This document shows, one piece after another, positions 45,932 through 60,080 of a stretch of DNA of 64,000 bases; positions within the stretch are counted from its first letter, which is position 1; each line of letters begins with the position of its first letter. The position numbers were made by a program, and so were the translations under genes. The notes under the pieces are model-generated. The model was not told the origin of the DNA and searched no databases. It was given only the letters and a program-made list of their open reading frames with translations. The DNA is from Tubiluchus corallicola (Eukaryota > Animalia > Priapulida), in contig JAQGDQ010000998.1 of the NCBI GenBank assembly GCA_030141605.1, forward strand, positions 1 to 64,000. Direction: 5' to 3'.

Positions 45932-46304
45932 AAGCCTTTTCACAGTTTTGTTGTGTGCACATGTAGTTGGTTTAGGTCAAAGGTTAAGTGCACCACAGCA
46001 ACGTGTTTTAGCTACAATCGTCACGCGATGCGTGTGTAAAGTAAAGCCGTCTGCCACTTCAGTTGTTTTAGTGGACTTTACTTAATCATACATTAATCTG
46101 TGCATAGAGTGATTTACTAGTAGGATCTTGCTTGGGAACAAGAAAAAGTGAACTAGGTAAAGTTGTAGCTAGCTGTTAAACCGGTTACTATTACAACAGC
46201 ATGCACTTGAGGCATTGTCAAGTGTACAGGAATGTGTTCTCTGGTACACTTAACCTGTGTCCTTTTCACGATACGCATCAATCGCTGGAACTGTGAAAAG
46301 GTTT
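45932..46304. mobile_element. Second, inverted copy of the AT-TSD MITE, ~120 bp downstream of the ankyrin gene stop
   Basis: AT|AAGCCTTTTCACAGTT...ATCAATCGCTGGAACTGTGAAAAGGTTT|AT. The right end is the reverse complement of the left end of 43420-43784. Confidence 0.8.
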
Positions 46305-48306
46305 ATTGTGTTATTGTTCGTAAAAAAGAAAAAAGAAAAATCAATGCAAACGCCTTTTAAGAGGCTTTTGTAAGACGGTATAGCAACTGTTGTTGCATAC
46401 ATGGAAGAATCTATTCAACAGAGTATGGCACAGTTTAATAATTATAATTTATTGTAAATTCAGTATTACTTGTTGTCATTGTTGGTTCTTGATTAGTGAA
46501 GTATGTTTAAAGTGTTTACAAACTTTTGTTTCGTGACAATAGTAAGTAGGCTTTACATTGAAATCAGGTAATAAGCATATTTAACAAGCTGTGCGCACAC
46601 CTGGTTTTTCCACAGTGAACGCTAAATTTTCATTTTTCGAGATGCCATTACAAAAGTATTTATTGTTTTGCAAGTAGTAAAAACGTTTTCTAGAAATTAA
46701 GAACGTGTACTCAAACAACTCTTTCAAATAGTTTTAAGTTAAAGATTTGTTTCTAGATATAGACTATCTTGGCTAATAGGGCCTGACGCTATTTGTGGAA
46801 GAGTGAATCTTTACGTTTTACTTCACAAAATTTACGAAACTTATCATTAAAACTTCTTACTACATCTTGTCAAAAGTATAAAAAATATGTTGGTAATAAT
46901 AGGTCTTCATGTGCTTATTATTAACAACATGGCTGTTAATAATGTGTGTGAGTGGTTTTTGTTATTTGTGAGACGGCTTGTGGTTTAGAGTATTATGACC
47001 CTCTTGCGACAAATTCACACCTACTCTCACGTTTAGAATAATCATGTAATTGAATGCGTGTATATATTATAAGCGACAGCTTATTACTATTCTGAAGTCA
47101 CTATAAATGTCTGTTTTGACTTAGCTTGTTAATGTTCAAATATATGTTAATGTTCAAGCCTGAGTTTGTTATGAAAACATTCGGTGGTCAGAAGTTATGC
47201 TTATTAGTCTGCTCTTACCACATTTCTATTATGCTCTAATTCAGACACCGTTGCATTTTTTTGCAATAAATGTACTTGTACTAGCAAGCATTTAATACGA
47301 AGCTATCGTGTTGTACACGTACACGTACAGTTATTGAAAGACAGAAATGTAAGTTTAAATATTAATCATAAATAAATATTAAGGATTTTATTAGTTATTT
47401 AAATCTTGAAGGAATTTTTCTTTCATATTTATTGGCTGTACAAAGGCCAAGGTGAGCTGCACGGCTGAGTGGCAACGGCAGCGTTTTGGCTACGAATTAA
47501 GGTGTGGCACCTTGTCAGTGAGTGAATGGGTGAACCACTTCGATTCTCGTTTTGGGAAGCTTCATTCGCCGTGCTGATTTGTGATGTTTACCTCGTAAAT
47601 TGAGTATGCATACACACATCCAAACGTGGCTGAGTTACAGTTACTCATCTTAGAGGCACAGTTTGGTAATGAGCCAGGTTCCAATCTCGTCACAACCATC
47701 TAATTTGAGTGGAACCTGCCATTGTGTACTGGATTCTGGCTTGCAGGATTCCAAACTGTATAAAAAACACAGAAGAGAGACAACCTTCTACGTTGATCAA
47801 TATATGAATTTATTTAAAATTTTGGGCATTTCATAACAATACATAGCTCATACATTCTCTGTCAATTAACTTATGAAAAACATTAAAATTGCTGAAAATT
47901 TTAGTATTTATAAACTCGCACTTTGAAGACCTTTATCTTCACCATTTCCGAAATTAACTGACATTGACATTAACACGTTATTGTCAATTAAGATATGTTC
48001 CAAAATTAACTCATTATTAATACAGTACAATTTACTCACAACAGTCGAGACTAAGAAATAGGTTAACAACTGCCGCCAACTACCAAACCATTATTTATAC
48101 CTCTTACCCAAAATAAGTTACATGGTTAAAATGTAATCTAGGGCGAGAAAAAATAGCTGAGTGGTTGAATGTGTTTAGCAGCAACACTGAGTTTGTTCAG
48201 TACATAGATGGGCGACTGCCAGGAAGGCCGCTTCTGATCATTTTCATTTGCCACGATAGGGAGGATATATACGTTGCAATTAAAGTAAGGTCAATTTGCT
48301 GACTTG

Positions 48307-48600
48307 CCCCTAAAAAATTGCGAGAAAACGTTTTTTATTGTTTTCTTGTAGTGTCTGACAACTACAGTATATAAGGTAAGTATGAGCAAAAAGGCCTACT
48401 TATAGGCCTCGCCCTGTCGATCTACGCCTCTACGGTAATCTGGTCCAGAGATTAACATATCCCAATTAGACCGAAATTTGAGCACTGCAGCGGGCCTAAT
48501 TATGACGTCAAAAAGATGGCCGCCATTTAACCAAAATGAATGGGTATTTAGTCTACCATAATGGTGAAAAAATGCTCATTTTGACTCAAAAGCATGAAAC
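48307..48600. mobile_element. Partial copy of the 35882-36217 MITE with an ~80-bp insertion
   Basis: CCCCTAAAAA..TTGTTTTCTTGTAGT, TCTGGTCCAGAGA.TAACATATCC, CCGAAATTTGAGC and GTGAAAAAATGCTCATTTTGA.TCAAAAGC are shared. Confidence 0.75.
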
Positions 48601-49699
48601 TTGTACGATATGAGATACCAAGTGTACTGTTGTGTACAAAAATGTAGAGAATTCATACGCCATGCCGTGTTTGCACTATGGTTTATCCGTTGCACTATGC
48701 ATTGCGAAAACGATCAACAGAAACTAATTTTCTTACTGGTGTAGCAACTACACATGATATGGTACTACCCAATTCTGGTCCAACGTTCAACAGTGTTACT
48801 GCAAGATACTGTCAAATCTTTGGAACTAAATTGATAAAGATATACAAGTACTTCCTTGCCAAAATCTGACCAGAAAACAAAACTGGTTCAAAAATGTTTG
48901 AAACTGTTCCAAACTCAAACGCAACTTTAGTATTTTGTATAATTTAATATTTATCCTTTGACATATGAGGATATTAATACAACTACTATTAATAGGTTTA
49001 CTTAAATGATAATACTTTTCAGATCCAAAGCCGAGAAATGTTAAATTGAAATGCTGCATTTATGAACAATTTTCTTTCATTATTGTACCATAGTAAAAAT
49101 AACAAAGATAGATTAGGTTAGATAGTTTATTTTGACAACACATCACGTATTTTCAGAATATAAAACATCTTAATCCATAACATTCAAAAGCAATGAATGA
49201 TGTGGGGAGAAGGGAGGAGCCCAGCTTTCGAGCCCTTCACCCAAGTGTGGAGCTACACGTATCGTTCATAACATTAATGCAATTTAAAGGATTATATGTA
49301 TAAGCTTACATGAATACACAAAGCATACAAGTAACAAAATCAATTATTCATGTGAAAATAGACCTTTACAGTGACTTTAAATTAGTTTTTACGTAAGTCA
49401 AGGCATCAAAATCAAAACAGACATTAACAGTAACTTTAGTATAGTAATAAGCTAAGTCAAAAGCATACATTAACAGTGTCTTCAGACTAGTAATAAGCTA
49501 AATCAATGCAGACGTTTACAGTGAGTTCAGAATAGTAATAAGTAAGTCAAACAGATCTTCACAGTGACATCAGAATAGTAATAGGCTATGTAACTGCACT
49601 TGGAGAAGACAACATTAGATGGACCAAGAATCGAGCAGAGAATTTTCAGCAAAGAAACAAATTTGCTTACAATGCAATTTAATTTATAATGTATATCTA

Positions 49700-50320
49700 G
49701 ACATGAGGTATTACTTAACGTATTTTTTATAGTGATTAAAGCTAGAAAGCGTAAGTTCATTAGAAATATTTGTCCATAGTTTAATACAATTATACTTAGC
49801 AGCATGTTGGAAATAATTGGTATTGTGTTGAGGCATATAATAGTTGCTAGCTGTATGTCTTGTCTGATAAATATGTGCATTCAAGACTAGACTAAAAATC
49901 ATTAAATACCAGAGGTAATAAGTTATGATGATATTTATATATAAATAAAAGACAATAAAGGCCATAAAGTTCTTTATTTTGAAGGATTTGGCAGTTTTGT
50001 ATGTACGATTAGCATTATGATCATATGGGGAAAATGAATCAACTTCAGGATTTTTTGTTTTGTGTTATCTGAAGATCATTAAGATTAGACTTGTAGGACA
50101 CACCCCAATCCTCTATCCTCTGTACCTGTTAAGTACGGGTAAACTAAACTGTAATATAATGTCACTAGCGTTTTAGTACAAGTTCCTTAGTTTGCATACA
50201 ATGCCTATAGTTTTATTTATTTTATGTTTTACATTGATAATATGTGATTTCCATGATAAATGTTGGTCAACATATATTCCAAGGTACTTGACATTTTCTT
50301 TTCATTGGATTTTTAAATCG
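49700..50320 (-). mobile_element. CR1/Crack-clade LINE 3' remnant
   Basis: Minus strand KYLGIYVDQHLSWKSHI..KINKTIGI..LVTLYYSLVYPYL, then H.YQTR..KYNCIKLWTNI; decayed. Confidence 0.8.
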
Positions 50321-51076
50321 TTCGATAATCATCAGTCGAAACGGTTTGTAAAAAAGCTACAGTTGTCAAAAATAAAATTCTATATTTTCTTCATAAAATT
50401 TCGAGTTTTGTTGCAAAATTTTCATTATAGTGCAGAGATACTTATGAAAACACGTTTTTCTTTTCCTCGTGTATTCTGAAACTTAATGCTGATTCAACAC
50501 TGTCTTAATTGACGTGGGAAGATAGAAAGCGTACAAAGATCAATATATTATCAGTACTTGCTATCGATATTGTTAATACACAAATAGTTCTAAGTATTTG
50601 CTAACATATCTAAAGTAAATATTCACAAATGACACTGTGACCTGAATTTGCGCCAACACTGAGCCTCTTCACGCTTATAAGGGTTACCAGAGCGTTTATT
50701 AAAACTGTTTAACTATACTGATCACTTGCGACCAGGATACACTATGGTAATGAAACGACTACACCGAAGCCACATTGGCATGTTTACAGAATAAACCAGT
50801 TGCTCATTGTGCAGGGTGTATATTCATCTGGGTATGTTCCACTACACATTCCAGGTACCAGGAAATGTTCCAGCATGCATTACAAGTACCTGGGAATGTT
50901 TTCGTGTGAGTTACAACCACACGGGAATATTGTAATGGAATGTTCCAAAGTATGTTCCATGTACCTAGAAACTTCCAGTATACGTTCCAAGTAGCTGGGA
51001 ATGTTCCAGTACGGGTTCCCAGTAGCGCGTTCGATCATTTGCGGGTATCTCCAGCAAGCCGTCTCAGAAAACAAAG

Positions 51077-54000
51077 TTATCCAATCAAAGTTCGTTCCAG
51101 GCACTCATGTAATGTCATTTCAAACTCGGCTAGTCCACCAAACCTGTATTGTATCCCAGTCAGCACTATTGTCACTATCAACACATACAGTCTTGTTATT
51201 ACAGATTCATAAATCATGAACAGGCAGATGCAAACGTACCCCGTCCAAGATACAAGCGCTATGTAGAACAAATGTTCCGTTTGTTCAATTCTGATGTCTG
51301 ATTTGTCACCAGGGAAAGTTCTATCTCGTTCAAACTGCAAGAGCAGTTCTTCTTTTTCAACCCATCGGCTTTTGCACCATTCACTCCATTCTGTAAACAA
51401 ATTCATAATTTTTAAATATCATCAAATAACAAATTTATATATTAAACAATGCTTGACATGAAAAGATTTTTATGGGTTTCTTCTAGACATTGCTACTAGA
51501 GGATTTTAAAAGATCAACAGAGCCCATGTTTATTAGAACAACAAACAGTAAAACAAGTAATGAAACACTGCAGATAAGTAATTTAGTTTCACTTACCCGA
51601 TGAAGTGGTTGGTAAGTCGCACTTGTGAGACGAGATGTTGAAATTGACACGCGCGGGAAAATTTCCTCGAAACAAATCCAGTTCTGTGACGACTGTGTTT
51701 TCTGCGTACCCAACTGTGATGTCATACACGGCTTTCAACATATCATCTACAACAGTGATTGTTAAGCAGATTTTGAATCGAAACGGTGTCAAAATAGTAT
51801 AATCGGGGTCGTAGTTTACTTAATTAACAAGCAAGACATAACAACTAGGGGCCATCCACATATAGCGATATCAAATTTTTAGCCGATTTCGAGGATCTGC
51901 CTACCTTGCATTATATAGCGTTATCATATGCTCCATCACCTACCTACCTACTTCTTATATTGACATCACACTCATGTAGCTTTTGTACATATTATTCTTC
52001 CTCCCAAGGACAGGCAAAAACATCACTGTGTTAATTAACGGGAAACCACCAGTGGATTCTGCTGGCATCGGCATGTTCTACTGGCATCAGATAACGACAT
52101 CACGACTAAATCACCTAACTACCTTGCGTTAAAATGGTCTTAACACGTCTCTTGTCACATACCGAACTAAACTTGATATCGTTATACATGAATGCCCCTT
52201 CTTAAGACTGATATTCAGCTATAGAACCAGAGTAATCTAGAGGACCGCTAAAACTGTACAAGAAAATCGACTAAACGATCTCAAATTTCCTTAGTTTTAA
52301 CATGAATACACTAACGATGAAAAGTTAAAGCACACGTGCAATTGTGGTGTGGCTTCTCAGTTAATAATATAATCATGTATATAACTGAATGAGTGAGTGG
52401 TGCGTGAGGAGGTGAATGAGCGAAAGAGTAAGGAGTGAGTGAATGAGTCGGCCAGTAAATACAAAACTCCAGGCTCTTTAGGGTCTACAAAAATGTTATT
52501 GTTGTAGGTTCAGTAATTCATCTTGCTTGTAAATTCAGCAGTTTTTGATGGGTTCATAATGAATTGAAGTTACTATACGTACAAGAAATCTAAACGCCAG
52601 TAAAACCCTGTAAAGCCAAGGAAACAACGTAAACCTTCCACAAAGAATAAATCCCATAGTAATTGTAAAGTTACTGCAAAGTTCAAGCGAGTCTTGCTGA
52701 GAGCGCTAAAAGTCTGTAGTCGCAGTAATAAAATCCCATGTGTAAAAATAATGACAACGACGAAAGGTGAAACATCAATTTTGTAGAAGCAAAGGTTCAC
52801 ACACTAGTCTGTTCATTTAGACATGGTTTATTCATAAGAGGGATAATTGTCTCGTAATCTCAATGCTGTCAGCAATAAGTAATGAGAAAACTCAAAGCGT
52901 CTGCTTTTTTTTATTCACTCCAGTGCTTGTGACAAAAGGTTTGCACAACTTGAAAGTACAATGGCGAACGCACTACATCACAAAAAACAGTTTAACTAAA
53001 CCACACTATGTACAATGAATAATCATTGTACGAAAAACGTTTGCGAGAATCGTGCCATCAGAATAATTGTTGCTGGATTAAGTCATCTTGACAATATTAG
53101 TCAGCTTGACAATTAGTACGGTGTCAAATTTCCACTACATGCGTGCATTCTTGAAGCAAATAAGTTAGAATGGACTTAATTATAAGTACACTGAGTCTCA
53201 ATAAATTTACTCAGTGTGAATACGATTCCGACACACTGTCGCAGTGCAAATTAGCAGCGAAGTAAACCATACTTGAAAGTAGTATAAATCATAACCAAGT
53301 AAACAGGTGAGTAAACCGTTTTATTCTCAAAAGCTTGTGTAAAATGCCTTATTGCGAATGTACTATGAATGGGAATACCATTCAAATGAACCATTTCTAT
53401 GTGAGTACAGTCTTTATTAAAGCGAATCACTGTAATCAGGGTTTGAGTAAAACACCCGGTGTGTAACAGAACTTTAGAACTACTGTCTTTGCATATGGAC
53501 AAGCTTACACAAAATTCAATTGATACATTTCGCATGAAAACCGCGGCATTTATGTTAAGTATGAAACACTTGAGATGCAAGCAAGAAACATCAATTTGAC
53601 ATTGGTTATAGACATTACTGGCGCTTCGTCGTTGTACTTAACAAAAGTCTCTACAGACTTGTATGCCACAAATTCAGAATAAAACAGTTTGTAGTACAGG
53701 GGAAGTTTTACCACTCCTATAGATTTGGCATCAGTTGATTGAGCAATTTTTGCAATCGTCAGTTTACGATTTGTAGCCACCCCATCTAACCCATCCCCGC
53801 GAAACACAATAAGCAGCCCTTTATCTCGAACTTAGCGAATAATTTAATAACTGGTGAAAATCTTACGTTCTTGCATTTTCTGAGCCAGGTAGGAGAATCC
53901 TGTTGTTTTTGGATGAAGCAGATGTTCATAGGATGGCAAGTTGTTATTCTCAGCATATCTAATGCTGCCTTGTTTCGCTTCAGCACTCATATTAGTGCCT

Positions 54001-57000
54001 TCAGGAAAAATGAGAATCTATTGAGAAAAAACAACTTATGTTCTTGTGATGATTTAGCGGTTTACATTTTTGTTGGTTAGACACAAAGTAAAAGGCTAGA
54101 TAAACCTTTTTGCAATTATAATGTTTGCTTGTCTTCTCCATACTCATTCAGCTATAGAAAGAACCACCCCAAGGTCATTCCTTGAATACTGTTTTGACCA
54201 GACACGGACGGACAGACGAAAACAGAATTCTTTCTTTTACTTCTGGTCTCTCTGCAGATGGATAAGGCTTTAAGGTGTACATGTATACTGATCAGCGTCC
54301 CGGGTATTAGTTGTTTTAGAGATTATTGTAACCTTAAGTTAAATGTCTTAAAAACCTTTATTTCTGATCTTTCAGTTCACCTTTTAGAAAGCGTACGCTA
54401 AGCTGTGATAAACTATGATTTGAATGCTTTTTAATTTATTGCACTTAAGTAAGATTAAGTGTGTGGCTAAACCACCCGCTTACGTGCTATAATGTTACCA
54501 ACAACAATGGAAAATAGTCATTTGTAAACATTAAATACCTGTTATTAATTACCCAAAATTCTTTGCTTAGTCTAAAGATAAGTAAGTTTACCTGTGGTTT
54601 TGTTGCCTTTATTTCTGCAAAATAATCCATAATTGAAGCCAAAATGTTTTTGTCTTCGCTCCACTTTCTTTTGATAAAGATGAAGAAATTAACTTGCATT
54701 GCCCAGCCTGTAAATGAGGAAAATTAATTTGTTATTTACCAGAAACCTTCCAACGTTTTAATATATTATTTGACCTACAACGCGGGCCTGAAATTGATAC
54801 ATTCATACAAATACTGCTTTGTTTTAGAATTACTGATCAGCTTGCTTGTTTACTTACTTAGCTATACCTATTTGAAATTTATCTACTAAATGTACTTATA
54901 CTTATTGTGATTGCATAGAAATGTAACATTGTCAATGGGGCACCTACGGAAATTTCAATATCTTTTGCCTTTTAAAAATGGCCTTAAGATTCCTGTTGCA
55001 AGTTCATAGTAAGAAATACTACTCGTCACATGTAATTAGTACAGATGCATGTTGGACATAGTAAACATTAACCGATAGCAAATATTATCACTAAACTAAT
55101 ACCGATACTCTGTGACTGATAGACAGAAATTATTAAAATATCTTTCCAATGTACACTACTTACATTTTTCATACAGAATGAAACGTAGTTGTTCTAGACA
55201 CCGTACGAGCAAAGCCTCTGCTATTTCAGGCCACTTTGGAAAAGTTACCAAAATGAAAATAACATTGGATATTCTCGGAGCTAACAAAGCATACATAGTC
55301 TTGTCTGAGACGATAGCAGTCAATTTGTCTTTTGGTTAAAGGAAGACAGGATGATTTCGTTAAACGTAAAAAACCCTCTTCTGCTACACCGAAATAACAT
55401 TGTATTAAACAGGCTATTAAAAATCTTGTAAAATATATTTGCCCAGAGGAGACCACTGTGACTGTGAAGTAATACCAGTAGAGTTCAATGGCAACGGACC
55501 ACCACCATATGTCATAATAAGTGCTTTTATTCCACATGCGTTGTCCGTTTCATTGGCACATGACTGTGAATTTTTAGCTTTTCCAAGCAAAAAATGATAA
55601 GCTTTATGAATAAAAACTGTGCCAAATATTAATGAATTTGCTGTTGTACTGCAACAAAATAAAACACTATTTTGCTTTTTTCTGTTTCTATAATTGCAAT
55701 TAGTGGACACGTTTTACTTGAAAGTAACAATATGGGTTGCCGAGAGAGCGCATTACATCGTGAAATGTGAAATTTGATAGTTAGGTTGCACGAACTCCTT
55801 TATGTTTACAAAAATAATTGCGTGTAGTGCTGTTTCTAACTTTGTGTGTGATTAGAAGTTATTTTCAGCTACATTTATAGGATAATCTTACACATTTTAT
55901 ATGAAGTCTTATATTGCCTTTTACACACATCTGTATTTTGTCATTACAAAGGATCACAAGATGCTCCTAAGATTACTGTTTATTCCCAAGTATGCAGTAC
56001 ACTTCACAACGCACCTGGACAAAACTGCTATATTAACATTCTTGTTCTTGAACAAAATGATGACTTGTTCATCATGATGAAATGATGATAATTGATGAAG
56101 TATGTGAAAACCAAATTGTGAGAAGATGAAAATTATGATTATAACTTCTTTATTATTATCCTGCTTCTGTGTGCTTTTGCAGACAGTTGAATGCGATAAT
56201 TTAACTTGCTATCGGATATCGATTTTTTATTACTTGCACGCGTTCAGTGTTACTGCGAAGTCATATAAGACTATTTTCATTCATTTTACGAATATTTTTC
56301 AGTAATGTAATATATATATGTTGTGTTGATACATATTAATCACCAAATTCTGAAAATTTCTTTTGATAATAGCTTTTGATAATTTGGGGAGTAGAGCGTT
56401 AGTTACCCTTAATCATGTTAGCTGAAGGAGAATTTTTTATTAGGATAAACCACATATTACAATTCGCTACTAAGTGATATGCTTAAAGGCGTACAATGCT
56501 TGTATTAGTTTAACATAATTTTAGTAGATAGCGACACCACCAATTCTGGCAATAGTGTAGTATAATTACGTGGCGACATCTGTTGTCGAAAAATGATAAC
56601 TTAGTGCCCGTTTAAGTACGAAACTTTAGCGTGCATCAAGTGATATTATTTTGGCAGACAATTTTATTTAGCAATTTCTATTAACAGCGCTGAATGAACT
56701 TTAATAAGGTAGTGTTTTAAAGTGATTAATTAAGATTGTAGTTTACACACCTGGACCAGGAATGTACTTCAATCCATGCTTGAGGATAATTTTTTGCTGA
56801 CTTAATTTACTCATTCGCACCAGACATGACCAAAAGAACATCCAGTCAAGACGTGTTCGATGATTCATGATAATGATACAGGGTTCATCAGGTGCAATGC
56901 TATTACCTGTAACTGTTATTTGCACCTGTCCAATTATCTCTATCAGAGCCTGTAATATTGTAATATGAAATATAATTTATAAAGTAGGTAGGATGAAGCT

Positions 57001-57781
57001 GCGAAAGTAAAAAAGTTTAATTACACTTCAATGACAATGCAAATCAGTAAACCTAATAATAATTATTACGTTCATTCATAAAACAGAATAAACCACTAGC
57101 CTAATCTTTTTTTATTATATTTCACTTTTTGAGTAAAACACAGAGGAAACTGAGAACCTTTCAAAGGCCAAACATTAAAATTCGACAAGATTCTAACGTT
57201 TCTTCTTAATTGACGTTTGTACAGCTATTGAGCATGTTTTGTAGTACGAAGCCTTTATATTTGCATATTATGTACGTATAAATTCTCAAGTCTTTCGCCA
57301 CTGCGATATTTTGTGGAAACAGAAGCATATATGCGTATGAAGGTTACACACCCATAATGAGACCTATAATAAGTCAAAAACGAAATTTGACTTTGAAATT
57401 TTAACAGGTAACAAAATGATAGGTAGTCTAGCTACAAGTCTTAATAAATATCTAAGTTTGAAAAGCCAGTAAAAAGTTAATCATCTTATTTACTAAATCC
57501 AATACATTTTAGTAGCACGAAATTTCGAGACGTATTATCATCAGAATTCACTATTGTGAAAAGACGCTTGAGGCTTAATTGGGCAAAGAGTCCAGAATTG
57601 ACAAAATATTAATACTCACAGCTGCATAAATCATCCACGACCCTACAATTTGGTCGACCACCCACCGATGCCACCGCCTGTTGCAGACTAGTAGAGGCCA
57701 TAGACATGGAATTGTGAACACTGAGCCAAGAAAACTGCTTAGATAGAACAACACACAAACTAAATAACCTCGTATGCTCAT
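51077..57781 (-). CDS. LCLAT1: Lysocardiolipin acyltransferase 1-like (AGPAT family), six coding exons, 363 aa
   Basis: Exons (minus): 57781-57620, 56949-56751, 54707-54592, 54017-53867, 51746-51597, 51390-51077; GT-AG and phase-compatible. Motifs: MNHRTRLDWMFFW, GWAMQ..FIFIKRKW..D, LIFPEGT, LLHPKTTGF, AVYDITVGY, W..KEE.L. Confidence 0.93.
51848..52198. mobile_element. Degenerate MITE (Harbinger/Tourist-like GGGGC termini) in an LCLAT1 intron
   Basis: GGGGCCATCCACATATAGCGATATC...GATATCGTTATACATGAATGCCCC imperfect TIR; TSD not clean. Confidence 0.55.
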
Positions 57782-58229
57782 CGTCAGATGAGCTATAGAA
57801 ACCTTGATAGGAACATTGGATCTACATGTACTCTGTTATTCGACTAAGGTTTCTTGTGAGATTCAGAAATTAAACAACTTCGCCTTATTATTTAGAACTA
57901 TCTACGGTGTGCGCCTGCTCTGATTTTTTGTAAACTGTTAGACAATTATAGGACCTTGTGCTGGTGAAAGTTCTCCACAATATGATCAAAGTTCTTCCGT
58001 TTTCTATGTAAATTTATCTTCTTATCTAACTATCATAGTATTTATAAACATTGACATTGGTCTACTATACAACATTTTGCGTGAGTAAACAGTGTTAGGT
58101 AGGTATTTGAGTAAGGTTATATTTATTTTTGTATACGTAGGCTTGTTTATATAATGGCTTGAATATTTATTTTTTATTTTTCTAATGACAAAAATATGCG
58201 TTCTTTTTGCCATTAGTTACAAAATAAAA

Positions 58230-59220
58230 GATAAATACTCAAGATGAGAGAAAGAAGAGTCGAACTAAAGAGCGATAGAGAAAAATGAGAAAAAACAGTG
58301 AACAGAAACAGTCTGGTAGACAGGACGACAGGTTGACACTTTGGAAGTAAAGATGAGGAACTAAGAAAGAGAGGCAGAGGATAAAGAGGATAATAGAAAG
58401 AAGCGAAGGAAACGGCAGCGACAGAAAAAAATGAATAAAAAATAGTTTTGCAGACAGGTCGACAGTTTGTAAATAAAGAGAGGCTGAGAATGAAAGAAAA
58501 GGAGTAAAAGGAAAAAGGACTAGAAGGAGGGAGTGACAGACAAAAACTGAGAGAAAGCGGAAGGCGCGAACATAAAAATAATTTGGTAGACAGGTTAGTA
58601 GTGAGAAGGAATGGGAGAGGCAGAGGATGAAAGAAGAAGGAGCGAAAGGAAAGAATGATAGACTTCGGTAGACAGACTGATAGTTTGCAAAGTCAAATTG
58701 CTGCCAGTAATAATTATAATTTTAAACGTTTAAACGTTTTATTTACAAAGTCGAGCTTGTAATAAATAAATACATTGATTTGCGAACTGCCAACCTGCCG
58801 ACTTATCTACCAAACAGTTTTCTGTTATTCAAACATTTACACTTTTTCTGCTTAGTAATTATTGTCTCGACTCCCCACTTTCTCTCATCTTCTCCCTCTC
58901 TTTCTCTTTTCCTTCTCTATTTGCAAACTGCCAACTGATCTACCTGTCTGTCACACCTTATTTCCGTAGTTTTCCTAATTTTTGTCTCGTCGCTCTCTCT
59001 TCCCACTCCTTTTTCTCTTACCCTCATCCTCTCTTTCTCTCAGCTGTTTTTCTATTTTGAAGCTATCAACCTGTCACCCGTCTACCAAACTCTTTTTCTG
59101 TTCATTCTTTCTCTCATTTTTGTCCATCACTGTATCTTCTCTTTCAAAATTTCTACATCCTCTACCCTTCTTTCTCAGAACCTCCTCTATGAGTAGACTG
59201 TCAATTTGTCAACCAAATAC
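58230..59220. repeat. Large degenerate inverted repeat (purine-rich arm then pyrimidine-rich arm)
   Basis: Left arm repeats GGTAGACAGG..GACAGTTTG units with GA-rich spacers; right arm repeats CAAACTG..CTACCAAAC units with CT-rich spacers; centre near TTTAAACGTTTAAACG at ~58720-58740. Confidence 0.6.
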
Positions 59221-59667
59221 TTGAGGATCAAAGAGGGTCTTTGAGGATCTTCCCTTTATTCACAGGATTAACTCCCGTGAATAACATCACTAGCATAACT
59301 AATAAAAATTTCGTTATTTTTTGAGAAATATCAAAAGTACCTAAATAAAAAATATATTATTAGTTTCCGTTGAAACATGATTTAGTTAATTGAAACGCTT
59401 CTGCAATCTTAAACCTTGACAGAATTAGATACATTTGTTAACTACGCCATATTAATTAAAGGCAAACTGAAAATGACCCCGGGACACCAGAATATTATTA
59501 TTGTGATTAGGCTAACCAGCACCATTTTATTAATTACACCAACAGAAGTCGTGAATTTACAGAATTTAAAAATACGAAAAAATCTGAAAAACAATAATAA
59601 TGTCATTAGAAATAATTTACAGCATGTAAATAAGTCTGCCCTATTTTTAATATTGCATTTACAGTAC

Positions 59668-59700
59668 GAGGGGGAGAAAGAGAATGAGAGAGAAAGAGAC

Positions 59701-59741
<41 letters not shown>

Positions 59742-59790
59742 GAGATATTAGAGAAAGACAGGGGGAGCGAGAGAGACAGAAAGAGAGAGA

Positions 59791-59822
<32 letters not shown>

Positions 59823-60080
59823 AAGAAAGAAAGAAAGAGAGAGAGATTGCCAAAGATCGTTAAAGACTTTGCTTAGCTGAACTGGAAACCGCGAACTGTA
59901 AATTGCGAAATGTATAAAGACAGAGACAGGATAGAAGCAGAAAGAGTGAGAGAGGGGACGAGAGAGAGAGAGTGGGAGAGGAAGAGAATAAGGGAGAGGA
60001 AGAGAGTCTGTGGTTGTGGATAAGAGAGAGAAAGAGGGAGCGAGGGAGAGAAAGAGAATGGGAGAGTGAGAGAGAGCGAG
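59668..60080. repeat. GA/GACA/GT-rich compound microsatellite and low-complexity tract
   Basis: Direct reading. Confidence 0.9.
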
